A stretch of DNA of 64,000 nt from NCBI GenBank assembly GCA_033763315.1, contig JANRKS010000001.1:1-64000 (forward strand), in the 5' to 3' direction. The notes below the pieces were generated by a model. The model saw only the letters and a list, made by a program, of their open reading frames with translations, did no database searches and had not been told where the DNA came from. The stretch's first letter is position 1. Each line of letters starts with the position of its first letter. The DNA is from Deltaproteobacteria bacterium (GTDB lineage: Bacteria > Myxococcota_A > Polyangia > Fen-1088). Of this stretch, positions 8,393-21,258 are shown piece after piece. The position numbers and the translations under genes are program-made.

Positions 8393-11300
8393 TTATTTGA
8401 AGACGATCAGCAAGTCTTGGCTATCGACGCGGTCTTTGGGTTTGATCGTGACCTCTTTGATTACGCCGGCCAACGGGCTGGCCACCGTCATTTCCATTTT
8501 CATGGCTTCGAGAACCACCAGCTTGTCGCCTTCTTTGACCTCGTCGCCTGGTGCCACCTTGACGTCAATCACGGTGCCGGGCATCGGCGCGCCCAGGTGG
8601 TGCAAGTTGTCTTTGTCAGCTTTGGGGCGAACCGAGCGGGCAATGCCCAGGCCCTTGTCAAACACCTGCACTTCACGGGGATGACCGTTGAGCTCAAAGA
8701 ACACCGTACGCATGCCGTGTTCGTTGGGCTGGCTGATGGCCACCAGCTTGATGAACAACGTCTTGCCTCGCTCAATCTCGATCTCGCCTTCTTCTCCGAC
8801 GCGCAGCCCATAGAACATCACGTCGGTGGGCACCACGGACACGTCACTGAAGGTTTTGCGGAACTCGGAGAATTCCGTGAAAACCTTGGGGTACATCAAG
8901 TACGACATGACGTCGCGGTCGGTAGGGGCGCGGCCGATCTTCTTTTCAACTTCGGCCTTGGTCTTCGCAAAATCCACAGGCGGCAGCGTGTCACCGGGTC
9001 GGCCTTCATTGACAGCGCGGCCCTTGAGCACCACCTCGCGCAACCTGGGCGGAAAGCCTCCCGGTGGCTGGCCGATGTCGCCCGCGAAATAACCGATGAC
9101 GGATTCGGGGAACGACAACTCCTTACCACGTTCCACAAGGTTCTCGGCGGTCAGGTTGTTCGTGAGCATGAACAACGCCATATCGCCGACGATCTTCGAC
9201 GAGGGTGTGACCTTGACGATGTCGCCGAAGATTTCGTTGACCACCGCGTACATGCGCTTGAGCTCGGGCAGCCTGTGGCCCAAGTTCATGGCTTCGGCCT
9301 GCGGGCGCAAGTTGCTGTATTGGCCGCCAGGGATCTCGTGGATGTAGACGTCGGCAGAGCTTGATTTGAGACCGCTCTCGAACGCGCTGTAGTACTCGCG
9401 TACGTTTTCCCAGTAATAGGTGAAATTAATGAGCGTGTTGAAGTCGAGCTTGGTGTCGCGCTCTTGAAATTCGAGCGCCGCGACGATCGACTCCAAGTTC
9501 GGTTGCGATGTCAGCGACGACATCGCGCCGAACGCGGCGTCTACAACGTCAACGCCTGCGTCTGCGGCGTAAAGCAGCGAACCCGCCTGAATGCCGGCGG
9601 TGTCGTGTGTGTGTAAATGAATGGGCAAGCCCACTTCGTCTTTGAGGGCTTTGACCAAGCGTCGCGCCGCGTACGGCCGCAATAGGCCCGCCATGTCTTT
9701 GATGCCCAAGATCGTGGCACCGGCCTTTTCAAGCTCCTTGGCCATCGTGACGTAATACTTGAGATCGTAACGCGAGCGCTTGGGATCATCGATGTTGCCC
9801 GTGTAGCAAATCGAAGCCTCGGCAATGGCGCCCGCGTCGCGCACCATCTCGACGGCAGGCAAGATGCCCGGCAGCCAGTTGAGCGAATCGAAGATGCGGA
9901 AAACATCAATGCCAGCGGTGGCGGCCTCTTTGACGAACGCCTTGACGACGTTGTCGGGATAGTTCGTGTAGCCAACCGCGTTCGCCCCGCGCAGCAGCAT
10001 CTGGAACAAGATGTTGGGGATCTGCGTGCGCAAGATCTCGAGGCGCTCCCAGGGATCCTCGTGCAAAAACCGCATCGCCACGTCGAAGGTGGCGCCGCCC
10101 CACATCTCAAGCGAGAATAGCCCATTGAGCTGACGAGCGACCGCAGGCGCCACGCGGGCCATATCGTACGTGCGCAACCGGGTGGCCAGCAGCGATTGAT
10201 GCGCGTCACGGAAGGTGGTGTCGGTGAGCAACAAGGGCTTTTGCTCACGGATCCAAGCGCTGAACTTTTCGTTGCCCAGCTTCTTCCACAGATCGCGGCT
10301 GCCTTCGGGAATGGCGCTGTCGGGATCGAACGTGGGTACAACCGGTGTGCGCAAGTTGGCGGGTTTGGGCTTGCCTTTGATTTCGGCGTTGCCGTTCACG
10401 CTCACTTCACCCACAAACTGCAGCAGCTTCGTCGCGCGATCGAAGCGCTCGGGGAACTCGAGCAACTCAGGTGTATCGTCGATGAAGGTGGTGGTGGCCT
10501 CGCCGGCGCGGAACTTCGGATGCTTCAAGACGTTGCGCAAAAACGGAATGTTCGTTTTCACACCACGCACGCGCCACTCGGCAAGCGCGCGCTCCATCTT
10601 GCGGCAAGCGTCGTCGTACGTCAGGCCTTGCGCACACACCTTTACGAGCAACGAATCGTAAAATGGTGTGACCTCGGCGCCTGAGAACGCGACGCCGGCG
10701 TCAAGGCGGATGCCAAAGCCAGCGGCCGAGCGATAATGGCTGATGCGCCCGTAATCGGGGATAAAGCCGTTCGATGGATCTTCGGTGGTGATGCGGCTTT
10801 GAATGGCAAAGCCCCGCAGGCTGACGGCCGCTTGGTTTGGGATGCCGATTTCGCGGCTGCCCAATTCATAACCTTCGGCGATGCGGATCTGCGATTTCAC
10901 AATGTCGATGCCGGTCACCATTTCGGTGACTGTGTGCTCGACCTGGATGCGCGGGTTCATCTCGATGAAGTAGTAACGACCCGCGCGATCCACCAAGAAC
11001 TCAACGGTGCCCGCGTTGACGTAATTGCACGCGGTGGCCAAGCGGACGGCGTCAGCGCACAACTGGGTTCGCAACGCCTCGTCGAGCTTGGGCGACGGCG
11101 CGATCTCCACCACCTTCTGGTGGCGGCGTTGAATGGAGCAATCGCGTTCAAAAAGATGCACGACGTGGCCGTGGGCATCGGCCAGCACTTGCACCTCGAT
11201 GTGCTTAGGGCTCTCGACGTATTTCTCAAGGAAAATGTCGCCGCGGCCAAACGCAGCGCGCGCTTCGCGCCCGGCTTGTTCTAAGAAGGCGCGCAGCTCT

Positions 11301-11839
11301 TTGTCGTTGCGACACACGCGCATGCCGCGGCCGCCGCCGCCGAACGACGCCTTGAGGATGACGGGGTACCCCACCTCGTTCGCCAAGCGCGCGGCCGTTT
11401 CAGGATCAGGCAACGGCTCATCGGTGCCGGGTACCACAGGAATGTTCAGCGCCTGCGCACGCTTGCGCGCCGCTGTTTTGTCTCCCATCAGCTCAAGCGC
11501 TGTGGGCGATGGGCCAATAAACACAATGCCCGCGGCCGCGCAGGCGCGCGCGAAATCGGCGTTCTCCGATAAGAAGCCGTAGCCGGGGTGAATGGCGTCT
11601 GCGCCCTGGCGCTTGGCGATCGTGACGATACCTTCGATGTCTAGGTACGCTTTGAGCGGTTCGAGCTTCTCGTTGAGATGATAGGTTTCGTCGGCCTTAT
11701 AGCGGTGCAGGGCTGCGCGATCTTCTTTCGAGAAGATGCCCAGGGTGCGTATGCCGAGCTCAGAGCAGGCGCGAAAAATGCGAATGGCAATTTCGCTTCG
11801 GTTGGCAACTAGAACTCGTTCAAATTTACGCAATGCCAT
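8393..11839 (-). CDS. pyc: Pyruvate carboxylase (single polypeptide)
   Basis: Biotin carboxylase (ANRSEIA, HPGYGFLSEN, RDCSIQRRHQK), carboxyltransferase (RDAHQSLLATR, EMWGGATFD, HTHDT), biotinyl EAMKM; start at MALRKF. Confidence 0.97.
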   Translation of the reverse strand: MALRKFERVLVANRSEIAIRIFRACSELGIRTLGIFSKEDRAALHRYKADETYHLNEKLEPLKAYLDIEGIVTIAKRQGADAIHPGYGFLSENADFARACAAAGIVFIGPSPTALELMGDKTAARKRAQALNIPVVPGTDEPLPDPETAARLANEVGYPVILKASFGGGGRGMRVCRNDKELRAFLEQAGREARAAFGRGDIFLEKYVESPKHIEVQVLADAHGHVVHLFERDCSIQRRHQKVVEIAPSPKLDEALRTQLCADAVRLATACNYVNAGTVEFLVDRAGRYYFIEMNPRIQVEHTVTEMVTGIDIVKSQIRIAEGYELGSREIGIPNQAAVSLRGFAIQSRITTEDPSNGFIPDYGRISHYRSAAGFGIRLDAGVAFSGAEVTPFYDSLLVKVCAQGLTYDDACRKMERALAEWRVRGVKTNIPFLRNVLKHPKFRAGEATTTFIDDTPELLEFPERFDRATKLLQFVGEVSVNGNAEIKGKPKPANLRTPVVPTFDPDSAIPEGSRDLWKKLGNEKFSAWIREQKPLLLTDTTFRDAHQSLLATRLRTYDMARVAPAVARQLNGLFSLEMWGGATFDVAMRFLHEDPWERLEILRTQIPNILFQMLLRGANAVGYTNYPDNVVKAFVKEAATAGIDVFRIFDSLNWLPGILPAVEMVRDAGAIAEASICYTGNIDDPKRSRYDLKYYVTMAKELEKAGATILGIKDMAGLLRPYAARRLVKALKDEVGLPIHLHTHDTAGIQAGSLLYAADAGVDVVDAAFGAMSSLTSQPNLESIVAALEFQERDTKLDFNTLINFTYYWENVREYYSAFESGLKSSSADVYIHEIPGGQYSNLRPQAEAMNLGHRLPELKRMYAVVNEIFGDIVKVTPSSKIVGDMALFMLTNNLTAENLVERGKELSFPESVIGYFAGDIGQPPGGFPPRLREVVLKGRAVNEGRPGDTLPPVDFAKTKAEVEKKIGRAPTDRDVMSYLMYPKVFTEFSEFRKTFSDVSVVPTDVMFYGLRVGEEGEIEIERGKTLFIKLVAISQPNEHGMRTVFFELNGHPREVQVFDKGLGIARSVRPKADKDNLHHLGAPMPGTVIDVKVAPGDEVKEGDKLVVLEAMKMEMTVASPLAGVIKEVTIKPKDRVDSQDLLIVFK

Positions 11840-12023
11840 GGGTGAAACGTATCCGTCGGTAGGGGCTTCGTGAGGGACGGCGCACAGGGAGAGAGGGTCC
11901 CTTCCGCGTCGCCGGCGGCAGTTTAACCGCAAACGTTCACAGGCAAAGCGCCGAGGCGAAATCGACGCGAAAAATCACCCGTGGCGTGGCACGGCGGGCG
12001 CCGATGCCCCAAGGTGTGTCGCC

Positions 12024-13145
12024 ATGAGTGTTGGTGCCGCAAAGCCGCCTGCGCAAGCCGATTGGTTTGCCGTGGCCAACCCTGGCTTGGCGGGCCCCGT
12101 GGCGAAGGAATGGGCCGCGCTGCTGCCAAACGTAACTTTAAGCACCACAGACGCGGGTGTAGAATTCGTGACAAGCGCCACGCAGGTGCGCGCCGCCCTG
12201 CCATGGTTGCGGGCCACCACAAGGTTGTGGCGGCGGCTGTGCACAACGAAAGCGCGGGCCTTTGGCGAATTGGAGCGCAAATGGAGCGCGGTGTCGTGGG
12301 CCGATTTTGTACCTGCCGGCCACCAACTGCGCGTGGACGTGACGATCCGCCACTGCCGGCTCTACCATTCGGGTGCCATCAAAGAGCGGTTGGCGGCGGC
12401 GGTGGCGGGGCACGTGATTTTGGGCACCACCACCCTTGCTCCCGAGGCACGCCTGCTTGTGCGCGGCGAGAACGACGAATTTCAAGTGAGCGTTGACGCT
12501 TCGGGTGAGCGCCTGAACGTGCGCGGTTACCGCCAGGAGGTGGGCCGCGCGCCCTTGCGTGAAACCTTGGCGGCGGGGCTTTTGTCCCTGTGTGGCTGGC
12601 GGCCGGGGGAGGCCCTGGTGGATCCCATGTGCGGCTCGGGCACGATCGGCATTGAGGCCATGCTCGCCGCGTGGGGCGTGCCTTCGGGCGACCGCGCTTT
12701 CGCCATGGATGCCTGGCCCTGCTTTGCGGCCGAGGTGCCACGTGAGCCCCCTCAACGTGGCTTGCCAGAGACACCGCAATTGGTGCTGGTGGCTGACAAG
12801 GACGCCGTTATGGTGGAGCGCGCGCGTCGCAACGCCACGCGGGCCGGCGTGGCGCATGGCATGCGTTTTCTCGCACAAGGCTTCGAAACACTGGCGCCGC
12901 CCTCAGCTTCCGGTCTGCTGTTGTTTAACCCTCCTTACGGCCACCGCCTGGGTGCGGCCGCTGGGATGACAAAACAATTTACGGGGATGGCACGCACGCT
13001 TGCCACGTCATGGCGAAGCTGGCGTGGGGGCGTTCTGTTGCCCAAGGGCGCCGAGCTGCGTGCGGCTGGTTTGAAGCTGCAACAGCAATGGCCGCTGTCG
13101 AATGGCGGCTTGCCCGTGGTGCTTTCGCTTTACAACATCGATTGA
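12024..13145 (+). CDS. THUMP-domain RNA methyltransferase (RlmL-like)
   Basis: RGYR..APLRETLAA, DPMCGSGTI.IEA, NPPYG.RL. Confidence 0.85.
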   Translation: MSVGAAKPPAQADWFAVANPGLAGPVAKEWAALLPNVTLSTTDAGVEFVTSATQVRAALPWLRATTRLWRRLCTTKARAFGELERKWSAVSWADFVPAGHQLRVDVTIRHCRLYHSGAIKERLAAAVAGHVILGTTTLAPEARLLVRGENDEFQVSVDASGERLNVRGYRQEVGRAPLRETLAAGLLSLCGWRPGEALVDPMCGSGTIGIEAMLAAWGVPSGDRAFAMDAWPCFAAEVPREPPQRGLPETPQLVLVADKDAVMVERARRNATRAGVAHGMRFLAQGFETLAPPSASGLLLFNPPYGHRLGAAAGMTKQFTGMARTLATSWRSWRGGVLLPKGAELRAAGLKLQQQWPLSNGGLPVVLSLYNID

Positions 13146-13170
13146 GGATCACAGAAGAGGCGCGCAACCG

Positions 13171-14340
13171 TTATGTAGCGAGGGCGCGCAAGGCGCTGGC
13201 AAGCTGCGCCTTCTCAGCAAGCGTGAGTCCAGGAAACAACGGCAACATGATCACGTTGCGACGCAGGCGTTCCGAATGTGGCAAGGGCAGCGCGCGGAAG
13301 ATAGAAGGGTTGCGCGTGTACGCGGGCTCTTCGTGGGCGTTGGTGAGGCCGCCGCGGGCGGAGATGCCGTGTTGCTGCAAGAGCTGCAAAATTTCTTTGG
13401 CGGCGAGCGGGCTGTGGGAGCGGATGCGCGCGGCGTAGCTTTGCCAGTTTGGTTTTTCAAACGTCCCAGACGGTGCGGGTAAGAGCACTGGGTGTTCCGC
13501 CAATTGTTCGTGCAGCGACGCCGCTTGTGCACGGCGCTCCTCAAGCAGCGAAGGCAACTTCGCGAGTTGGCACAAGCCAATGGCGGCCGCGATGTCTGTC
13601 ATGCGTGCATTGAACGCCGGGAACGCATAGCCATCGGGAACGTTTGGATCTGGATGAGCCGCAGCGGCGGGAATCGCGTGTTGGCGTAGCGATCGCAAGC
13701 GTGCCGCCAACATACCGTCGGACGTGACGCACGCGCCGCCTTCACCTGTGCTGATCACCTTGCGTGGGTGAAAAGAAAAACACGCAATGGCGCCATGCGG
13801 GCGGCCGAGTTTCTGATAGCCGCCATCCATCAAAAGTTCCGTGCCCAACGCGCACGCGGCGTCTTCGATCAACGGCACTTCCGCGTCGTTGGCCACGCGC
13901 AACAAAGCATTCACGTCGGCCGCGTGGCCCAACTGATGGACGCACAAGATCGCTTTGGTTTGTGGCGACAACGCTTGCTCCACCTGCGTGGGATCCATCA
14001 CCAACGCTGACTCTTGAACATCGACGAACACAGGTGTGGCGCCCACCGCTAAGATTGAATTGGCCGTGGCGATGAAGCTGTGGCTCACGGTGATGACTTC
14101 ATCGCCTGGGCCCACCCCCAGCGCGCGCAACGCCAACTCAAGGGCGGCCGTGCCGTTTGACAGGGCCACAACGTGCGGCTTAACGGCGCGGCCATCGGCA
14201 AGATAGGCCGCGAGCTCTTGCTCGAAACGCTGCACCTGCGGCCCCTGCATGATCCACCCTGAACGCACCACGGACGCCACCGCCTGGGCTTCGGACTCGT
14301 CGAAGGCCGGCCGCACGATGGGCACAAGGGGAAAGGTCAT
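13171..14340 (-). CDS. DegT/DnrJ/EryC1/StrS PLP-dependent aminotransferase
   Basis: SNGTAAL, GPGDEVI, IEDAACALG, FSFHPRKVISTGEGG. Confidence 0.92.
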   Translation of the reverse strand: MTFPLVPIVRPAFDESEAQAVASVVRSGWIMQGPQVQRFEQELAAYLADGRAVKPHVVALSNGTAALELALRALGVGPGDEVITVSHSFIATANSILAVGATPVFVDVQESALVMDPTQVEQALSPQTKAILCVHQLGHAADVNALLRVANDAEVPLIEDAACALGTELLMDGGYQKLGRPHGAIACFSFHPRKVISTGEGGACVTSDGMLAARLRSLRQHAIPAAAAHPDPNVPDGYAFPAFNARMTDIAAAIGLCQLAKLPSLLEERRAQAASLHEQLAEHPVLLPAPSGTFEKPNWQSYAARIRSHSPLAAKEILQLLQQHGISARGGLTNAHEEPAYTRNPSIFRALPLPHSERLRRNVIMLPLFPGLTLAEKAQLASALRALAT

Positions 14341-14385
14341 GCGAGCATTGTAAAGCAAAACCCCTTGGCGTTCGCGCCGCAACGG

Positions 14386-16424
<2,039 letters not shown>

Positions 16425-16451
16425 TTAACACGATCCGCCGCTGGGTTTCGA

Positions 16452-19055
16452 TCACGCTTTTGCAAACGTCAGCGCGTTACCCACCAGACGCACTTCGATG
16501 ACGTCACCGCGCACGAACTCGCCCCTTAGGATCGCTTGCGATAAGGGATCGCGCACAAACCGCCCGATCGTGCGCTTGACGGGCCGTGCGCCGAACGCAG
16601 GATCATAAGCGGTTGTGGCCAACCACGCCCGTGCCTCGGACGAAAGCTTCAATGAGAGGCTTCGCTCGGCCAATAGCTTCCCAACTTGTTTAAATTGTAG
16701 GTCCACGATCGCTTCAATGGCGCTTGTGCCAAGCGGGTTGAAGATCACGACGTCATCGATGCGGTTCAAGAACTCAGGGCGAAAATGCCCACGCAAGGCC
16801 GCTTGAACCGCGTCAGTCATCGCGGCGCGCTTTTGCGCTTCATCTCCCACCGAAGCCGCCACGTCCAAAATGGCTGACGCGCCCAAGTTCGAGGTCATGA
16901 TCAAAACGACGTTGGAAAAACCGACCGTGCGGCCCGCCGAATCGGTTAAGCGGCCGTCATCAAGCAACGCCAGTAAGACGTTGAACACATCGGGGTGTGC
17001 TTTTTCGATTTCATCCAAGAGCACCACGGCGTAGGGGCGGTGGCGCACAGCCTCGGTGAGTTGGCCCCCTTCTTCGTAGCCCACATAACCGGGAGGTGCG
17101 CCCGTGAGCCGCGCCACGGAATGCTTCTCCATGTACTCCGACATATCGAGACGCACCAACGCGTGTTCATCATCAAAGAGAAACTCGGCCAACGCCTTGG
17201 CCAATTCCGTTTTACCCACACCCGTGGGCCCTAAGAACAGGAACGAACCAATCGGGCGGTTGGGATCTGAAAGGCCGGCGCGTGAGCGTTTGATCGCGTT
17301 GCCCACCAAGCGCACAGCTTCGCTTTGCCCCACCACGCGCGCTTGCAAGCGATCTTCGATGTTAAGGATTTTATCGCCCTCGCCCTCCAGGGCGCGCGCC
17401 ACCGGGATGCCGGTCCAATCTTCCACCACGCGCGCCACGTGCACAGGGCCCACGGCGTCTTCCAACAGCGCGCCATTCTTCTGAGCGTCAGCCAAACCTT
17501 CGCGCGCTTGTTGCCACGCCTGCTGGAGTTTTGGCAGCTCGCCGTAGCGCAGGCGTGAAGCCAGTTCTAGATCACCGCGCTTCTCGGCACGCGTGGCCTC
17601 GTCTTGGGCCGCGTCCTTGGCCGTGGCTGCACGACGCAGATTTTCAATCGCCGCCTTTTGCAGCTCTAGTACGCCGCGCAGACGTTCAAGTTCGGTGCGT
17701 GCGGCTTCGCGTTCGCTCTGCAAACGCGCGCGGGCGGTTTCGGTTTGGGCGCCGCCGTCTTTCGGCAGTGCCGCCAATTCCAACTCCGCGGCCGTGGCCT
17801 TGCGTGCCATCGCATCCAGCTCGTCGGGGTGCCCATCGATCTCGAGCCGCAGCCGGCTTGCCGCTTCATCAAGCAGATCGAACGCTTTGTCCGGCAGCGC
17901 GCGGCCGCTCACGTAGCGCCGCGACAGCTTCACCGCCGCTTCAAGCGCTTCATCGGTGATGGTGATCTCGTGGCGCTGTTCGTATTGAGGTTTCTGTGCG
18001 CGCAGCATCGCCAAGCAACGCGCGTCATCAGGTTCGTCAATGTGAATCGGCGCGAACCGGCGCTCGAACGCGGGATCCGTTTCAATCGATTGCCGGTACT
18101 CATCCGGTGTGGTGGCGCCAATGATGGAGATCTCTCCGCGGGCCAGCGCTGGCTTGAGCAAACTGGCGGCATCCAGGGAGCCACCGCCTTTGCCCGCGCC
18201 CACCAAACTGTGCAATTCATCGAAGAACAACAGAACGTCCCCACCGCTGTCGCGCGCCTCGGCCACGATGCCGCGCACCCGATCTTCGAAATCACCGCGA
18301 AAGCGCGCGCCCGCCACCAAGCCGCCCACATCCAAGGTGAGGATGCGTTTGCGGGCCAAACGTGGCGGCACGTCGCCGTCGGCGATGCGTTGGGCGAGGC
18401 CTTCCACGATGGCTGTTTTGCCCACGCCGGGCTCGCCGATCAGCACCGGGTTGTTCTTGGTGTGGCGGCCAAGGATCTGCAGCAGCCGCCGCAGTTCTTT
18501 GTCGCGTCCCACGACGGCGTCGAGTTCACCCTTGGCCGCCTGGGCGGTCAGATCGCGTGCGAAGCGTGCAAGCAAGGGCGTGTTGCTGGCGCCGTCGGCC
18601 CCACCGCCAGGGCTGTCGGCCACGGCTGTGTTCGCCGAAACCGCGCGCTCAAGCTTATCGAGCGTGGCGCCCGCGTCCTTGAGCACCTGTGCTGCCTTGG
18701 AGGTTGGCTCTAGCGGGATCGCCAACAGCAGGTGCGTGGGTTCAATGAGGCCTCCGCTGCGTTCGCCGGCGTCCGCTTGCGCCAGATCGAACACACGCAA
18801 AACGCCTTCGCCCAGATACACCTGCGGCGCAGACACCTTGGGGAAGCCGGCCATCAAAGGCGCCAGGCTTTGCGCCAATTTCGAGGGATCCGCTCCCGCG
18901 GCTTTGAGCACCGCTGCGGCCTGCGCGTTTTCGCACAGGCAGGCCAGCAGGTGCTCAAGCTCAACTTGCTCTTCGCCGCGGCTTCTGGCCAAGCGCTGCG
19001 CCGCAACCACCACTTGTCGCGCGCTGGTGGAAAGAAAATCGAAGCGCACAACCAA
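16452..19055 (-). CDS. clpB: ClpB-type AAA+ disaggregase
   Basis: Clp N-repeats, NBD1 GEPGVGKT, coiled-coil M domain, NBD2 [12 protein letters not shown] loop, [10 protein letters not shown]. Confidence 0.9.
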   Translation of the reverse strand: MVVRFDFLSTSARQVVVAAQRLARSRGEEQVELEHLLACLCENAQAAAVLKAAGADPSKLAQSLAPLMAGFPKVSAPQVYLGEGVLRVFDLAQADAGERSGGLIEPTHLLLAIPLEPTSKAAQVLKDAGATLDKLERAVSANTAVADSPGGGADGASNTPLLARFARDLTAQAAKGELDAVVGRDKELRRLLQILGRHTKNNPVLIGEPGVGKTAIVEGLAQRIADGDVPPRLARKRILTLDVGGLVAGARFRGDFEDRVRGIVAEARDSGGDVLLFFDELHSLVGAGKGGGSLDAASLLKPALARGEISIIGATTPDEYRQSIETDPAFERRFAPIHIDEPDDARCLAMLRAQKPQYEQRHEITITDEALEAAVKLSRRYVSGRALPDKAFDLLDEAASRLRLEIDGHPDELDAMARKATAAELELAALPKDGGAQTETARARLQSEREAARTELERLRGVLELQKAAIENLRRAATAKDAAQDEATRAEKRGDLELASRLRYGELPKLQQAWQQAREGLADAQKNGALLEDAVGPVHVARVVEDWTGIPVARALEGEGDKILNIEDRLQARVVGQSEAVRLVGNAIKRSRAGLSDPNRPIGSFLFLGPTGVGKTELAKALAEFLFDDEHALVRLDMSEYMEKHSVARLTGAPPGYVGYEEGGQLTEAVRHRPYAVVLLDEIEKAHPDVFNVLLALLDDGRLTDSAGRTVGFSNVVLIMTSNLGASAILDVAASVGDEAQKRAAMTDAVQAALRGHFRPEFLNRIDDVVIFNPLGTSAIEAIVDLQFKQVGKLLAERSLSLKLSSEARAWLATTAYDPAFGARPVKRTIGRFVRDPLSQAILRGEFVRGDVIEVRLVGNALTFAKA

Positions 19056-19059
19056 TCCC

Positions 19060-19341
19060 TTAAGCGCGGCGGCTGGCTTCGATGAACTTCAACCGCAGAT
19101 CGTAGATCAAGCCGTCTAAGAGCTCAGCTTCTGCGGAGGTGAGGTTGCCTTTGGTCTTGTCTTGCAGCATCGCCAACGTATCGATGGTGTGCTTCGCCAA
19201 CGGCAAGTTGAGGTCGCTGGGATTTGCCTCCGGCACAGCGCCCATAAGCATCAGCGCCGAACTACCAAGCGAAATGATCAAGGTTTGAAAGTCGACCGGC
19301 GGTAGCGCCGGTTGGCTTGCAGAAGAATCACCGCTCGACAT
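19060..19341 (-). CDS. DUF1844 family protein
   Basis: F..LI.SL..SAL..MG...[27 protein letters not shown]...IYDLRLKF. Confidence 0.85.
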   Translation of the reverse strand: MSSGDSSASQPALPPVDFQTLIISLGSSALMLMGAVPEANPSDLNLPLAKHTIDTLAMLQDKTKGNLTSAEAELLDGLIYDLRLKFIEASRRA

Positions 19342-19411
19342 AAGGGGCAGACTACACCGCGAGGCTGCGGCGTACCATTGGCAAGTACACAGCGCCCGCG
19401 AGGCGCCTCAC

Positions 19412-19801
19412 TTAGCCAGCTTCTGGGAGGTCTTTGACTTCCTCTTCGTCTTCGTCGTCGAGGTCGTCATCATCGTCATCATCGAGATCGTCGTCCTCGT
19501 CCTCATCATCGTCGTCCGCCAACAGTTCCGTGTCGTCGTCGTCCGCTGTGGAGGCGGCGAAGGCGTCTTTGCTGCGGTGGGTGATGGTGTACGTGGGGAT
19601 GGAGGGCGCCGCGGCGGCCACAGGAACCGGCGTGAACGTGAGTTCGGGTGGGGGCGGCGCGACCTTGTCCTGCAGGTCTGGAAGCGCAGACATGACCTTC
19701 TCAACGTCTTTCGGGGAAACCAAACCCTTGCGCAAGTTGCGGTCGAGTGTGCGTTTATCGTAAAGGCGCTCGGTTTTGCTGCGATCTTCTTCGGCGGACA
19801 T
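19412..19801 (-). CDS. Small hypothetical protein with long Asp/Glu tail
   Basis: Basic helical N-domain (LYDKRTLDRNLRKGLVS...LPD), Pro/Ala linker, poly-acidic tail. Confidence 0.75.
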   Translation of the reverse strand: MSAEEDRSKTERLYDKRTLDRNLRKGLVSPKDVEKVMSALPDLQDKVAPPPPELTFTPVPVAAAAPSIPTYTITHRSKDAFAASTADDDDTELLADDDDEDEDDDLDDDDDDDLDDEDEEEVKDLPEAG

Positions 19802-19875
19802 GGAGCCTGACTTCGTATCCGAGGGGGGGCTCGAAGTCAAGGAGTTGCGCCCGAACGACGCGGTGCGCAGGGTGC

Positions 19876-21258
19876 TTAGGCGGCGGAGGCGACGTCTTTG
19901 GCGGCGTCCGGGGTCACAAAAACCTCCGTGACGCGGTCCGACGGTGCCCAGTTGCCGATCTCAACGATGGGGCCGCCTTCCACCTCGAACCCGTTCCCCG
20001 CTTTTTTCACAGTGGCGTTCGTGGCGTGCACGGACACGTTGACGTGCACCAGCGGGTCAGCATCGGGTCGTGCCAGCAGCTCTTGATGCAGGCGTTCGGC
20101 CAAGCTGATGGCGTCTGCCCGCATAAGTAGGTCAAGCGCCCCGTCGCCTGGAGGAATGGCTTTGACACCGAGCAAGGCTGAGCCCGTTTGCAACACCATG
20201 GCGTAGCCAGACTCGATCAATCCCGGCTCCACGATGTCGAGGCAAGCCAGCACATCCGCCATCGCGGTGTCGCTTGCCTCGCCGTCTTCGGCCGTGCGGA
20301 TGTCGATGAGGATCCCGACCGCGCGTGATTGCGGCGCCGCTTGCGTGCCGCTTGAGACGGCGTTCTTCAAGGCGTCCAAAAACGCGATGGCGGTGGGGAA
20401 GCGATCTTGTGGCTTCTTTTGCATCGCCTTGATCACGATGGCGTCCACTTCGGGGGACACACGCGCAAATTCGCTTGGCTTGGGCGGCGGCGCCTTGAGG
20501 TGCATCTGCTCGACCTCGTTTGGATCCGCGCCCACAAAAGGATTGCGACCCACCAAGATGCGGAACAGCAACACGCCAAGCGCGTAGATATCGGTGCTGG
20601 GGGTGATGTCGCCGCCGCGGATTTGCTCGGGTGCCATCGCGCTTGTGGTGCCGATGCGCGAACCAGCCACAGTTAAGCCGGCGCCGGGGTTATCGGGCCG
20701 CAAGGCTTTGGCCACACCGAAATCCAACAGCTTCACGATCGTTTTGCCATCCAGCGTGCGGCCCACGTGCACGTTGCTGGCTTTGATGTCGCGGTGAACG
20801 AAGCCGGCCCGGTGTGCCGCCTCCAAGGCTTCACACACAGGATCTAAGAAGCCCAACGCTTCTGCGGCCGTATAGCGGCCATGGCGTTTGATCGCGCTAT
20901 CGAGATCTTGCCCCTCCAAATACTCCATGACGTAGTACGGACGGCCGTCCGGCAACTGGCCGTACTCGAACACGTCAACGATGCTGGGGTGCTTGATCAT
21001 GTTAACGGCCAAGGCTTCGAGCAAGAAGCGCTTGGCCATTGAGGAGCCCGTTTCAGAGAACTCGCGCTTGAGCACTTTGACGGCCACCATGCGGCCCAAC
21101 AACGAGTGCTTGGCGCGGTAGACCGTCCCACAGCCGCCGTCGGAGATCAGATCAGCGACCACGTACGTACCGACCGGCGCGCCCGGGGTGAGGTACCCCG
21201 TGGTGGCTTCCGGCTTCGCTTCCACGGTTAAAACGCGTGTCTTCTCAGATTCGGCCAT
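19876..21258 (-). CDS. Cytoplasmic Ser/Thr kinase with C-terminal cyclase-like domain
   Basis: VAVK, HRDIKASN, DFG, MAPE; no TM segment; GGGGG RBS. Confidence 0.9.
   Translation of the reverse strand: MAESEKTRVLTVEAKPEATTGYLTPGAPVGTYVVADLISDGGCGTVYRAKHSLLGRMVAVKVLKREFSETGSSMAKRFLLEALAVNMIKHPSIVDVFEYGQLPDGRPYYVMEYLEGQDLDSAIKRHGRYTAAEALGFLDPVCEALEAAHRAGFVHRDIKASNVHVGRTLDGKTIVKLLDFGVAKALRPDNPGAGLTVAGSRIGTTSAMAPEQIRGGDITPSTDIYALGVLLFRILVGRNPFVGADPNEVEQMHLKAPPPKPSEFARVSPEVDAIVIKAMQKKPQDRFPTAIAFLDALKNAVSSGTQAAPQSRAVGILIDIRTAEDGEASDTAMADVLACLDIVEPGLIESGYAMVLQTGSALLGVKAIPPGDGALDLLMRADAISLAERLHQELLARPDADPLVHVNVSVHATNATVKKAGNGFEVEGGPIVEIGNWAPSDRVTEVFVTPDAAKDVASAA

Noticed and set aside
11987-12001. 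TGGCACG-GCGG-GCGC possible sigma54 promoter before the methyltransferase
   Set aside because: Spacing fits but the -12 element lacks TT; likely by chance in GC-rich DNA
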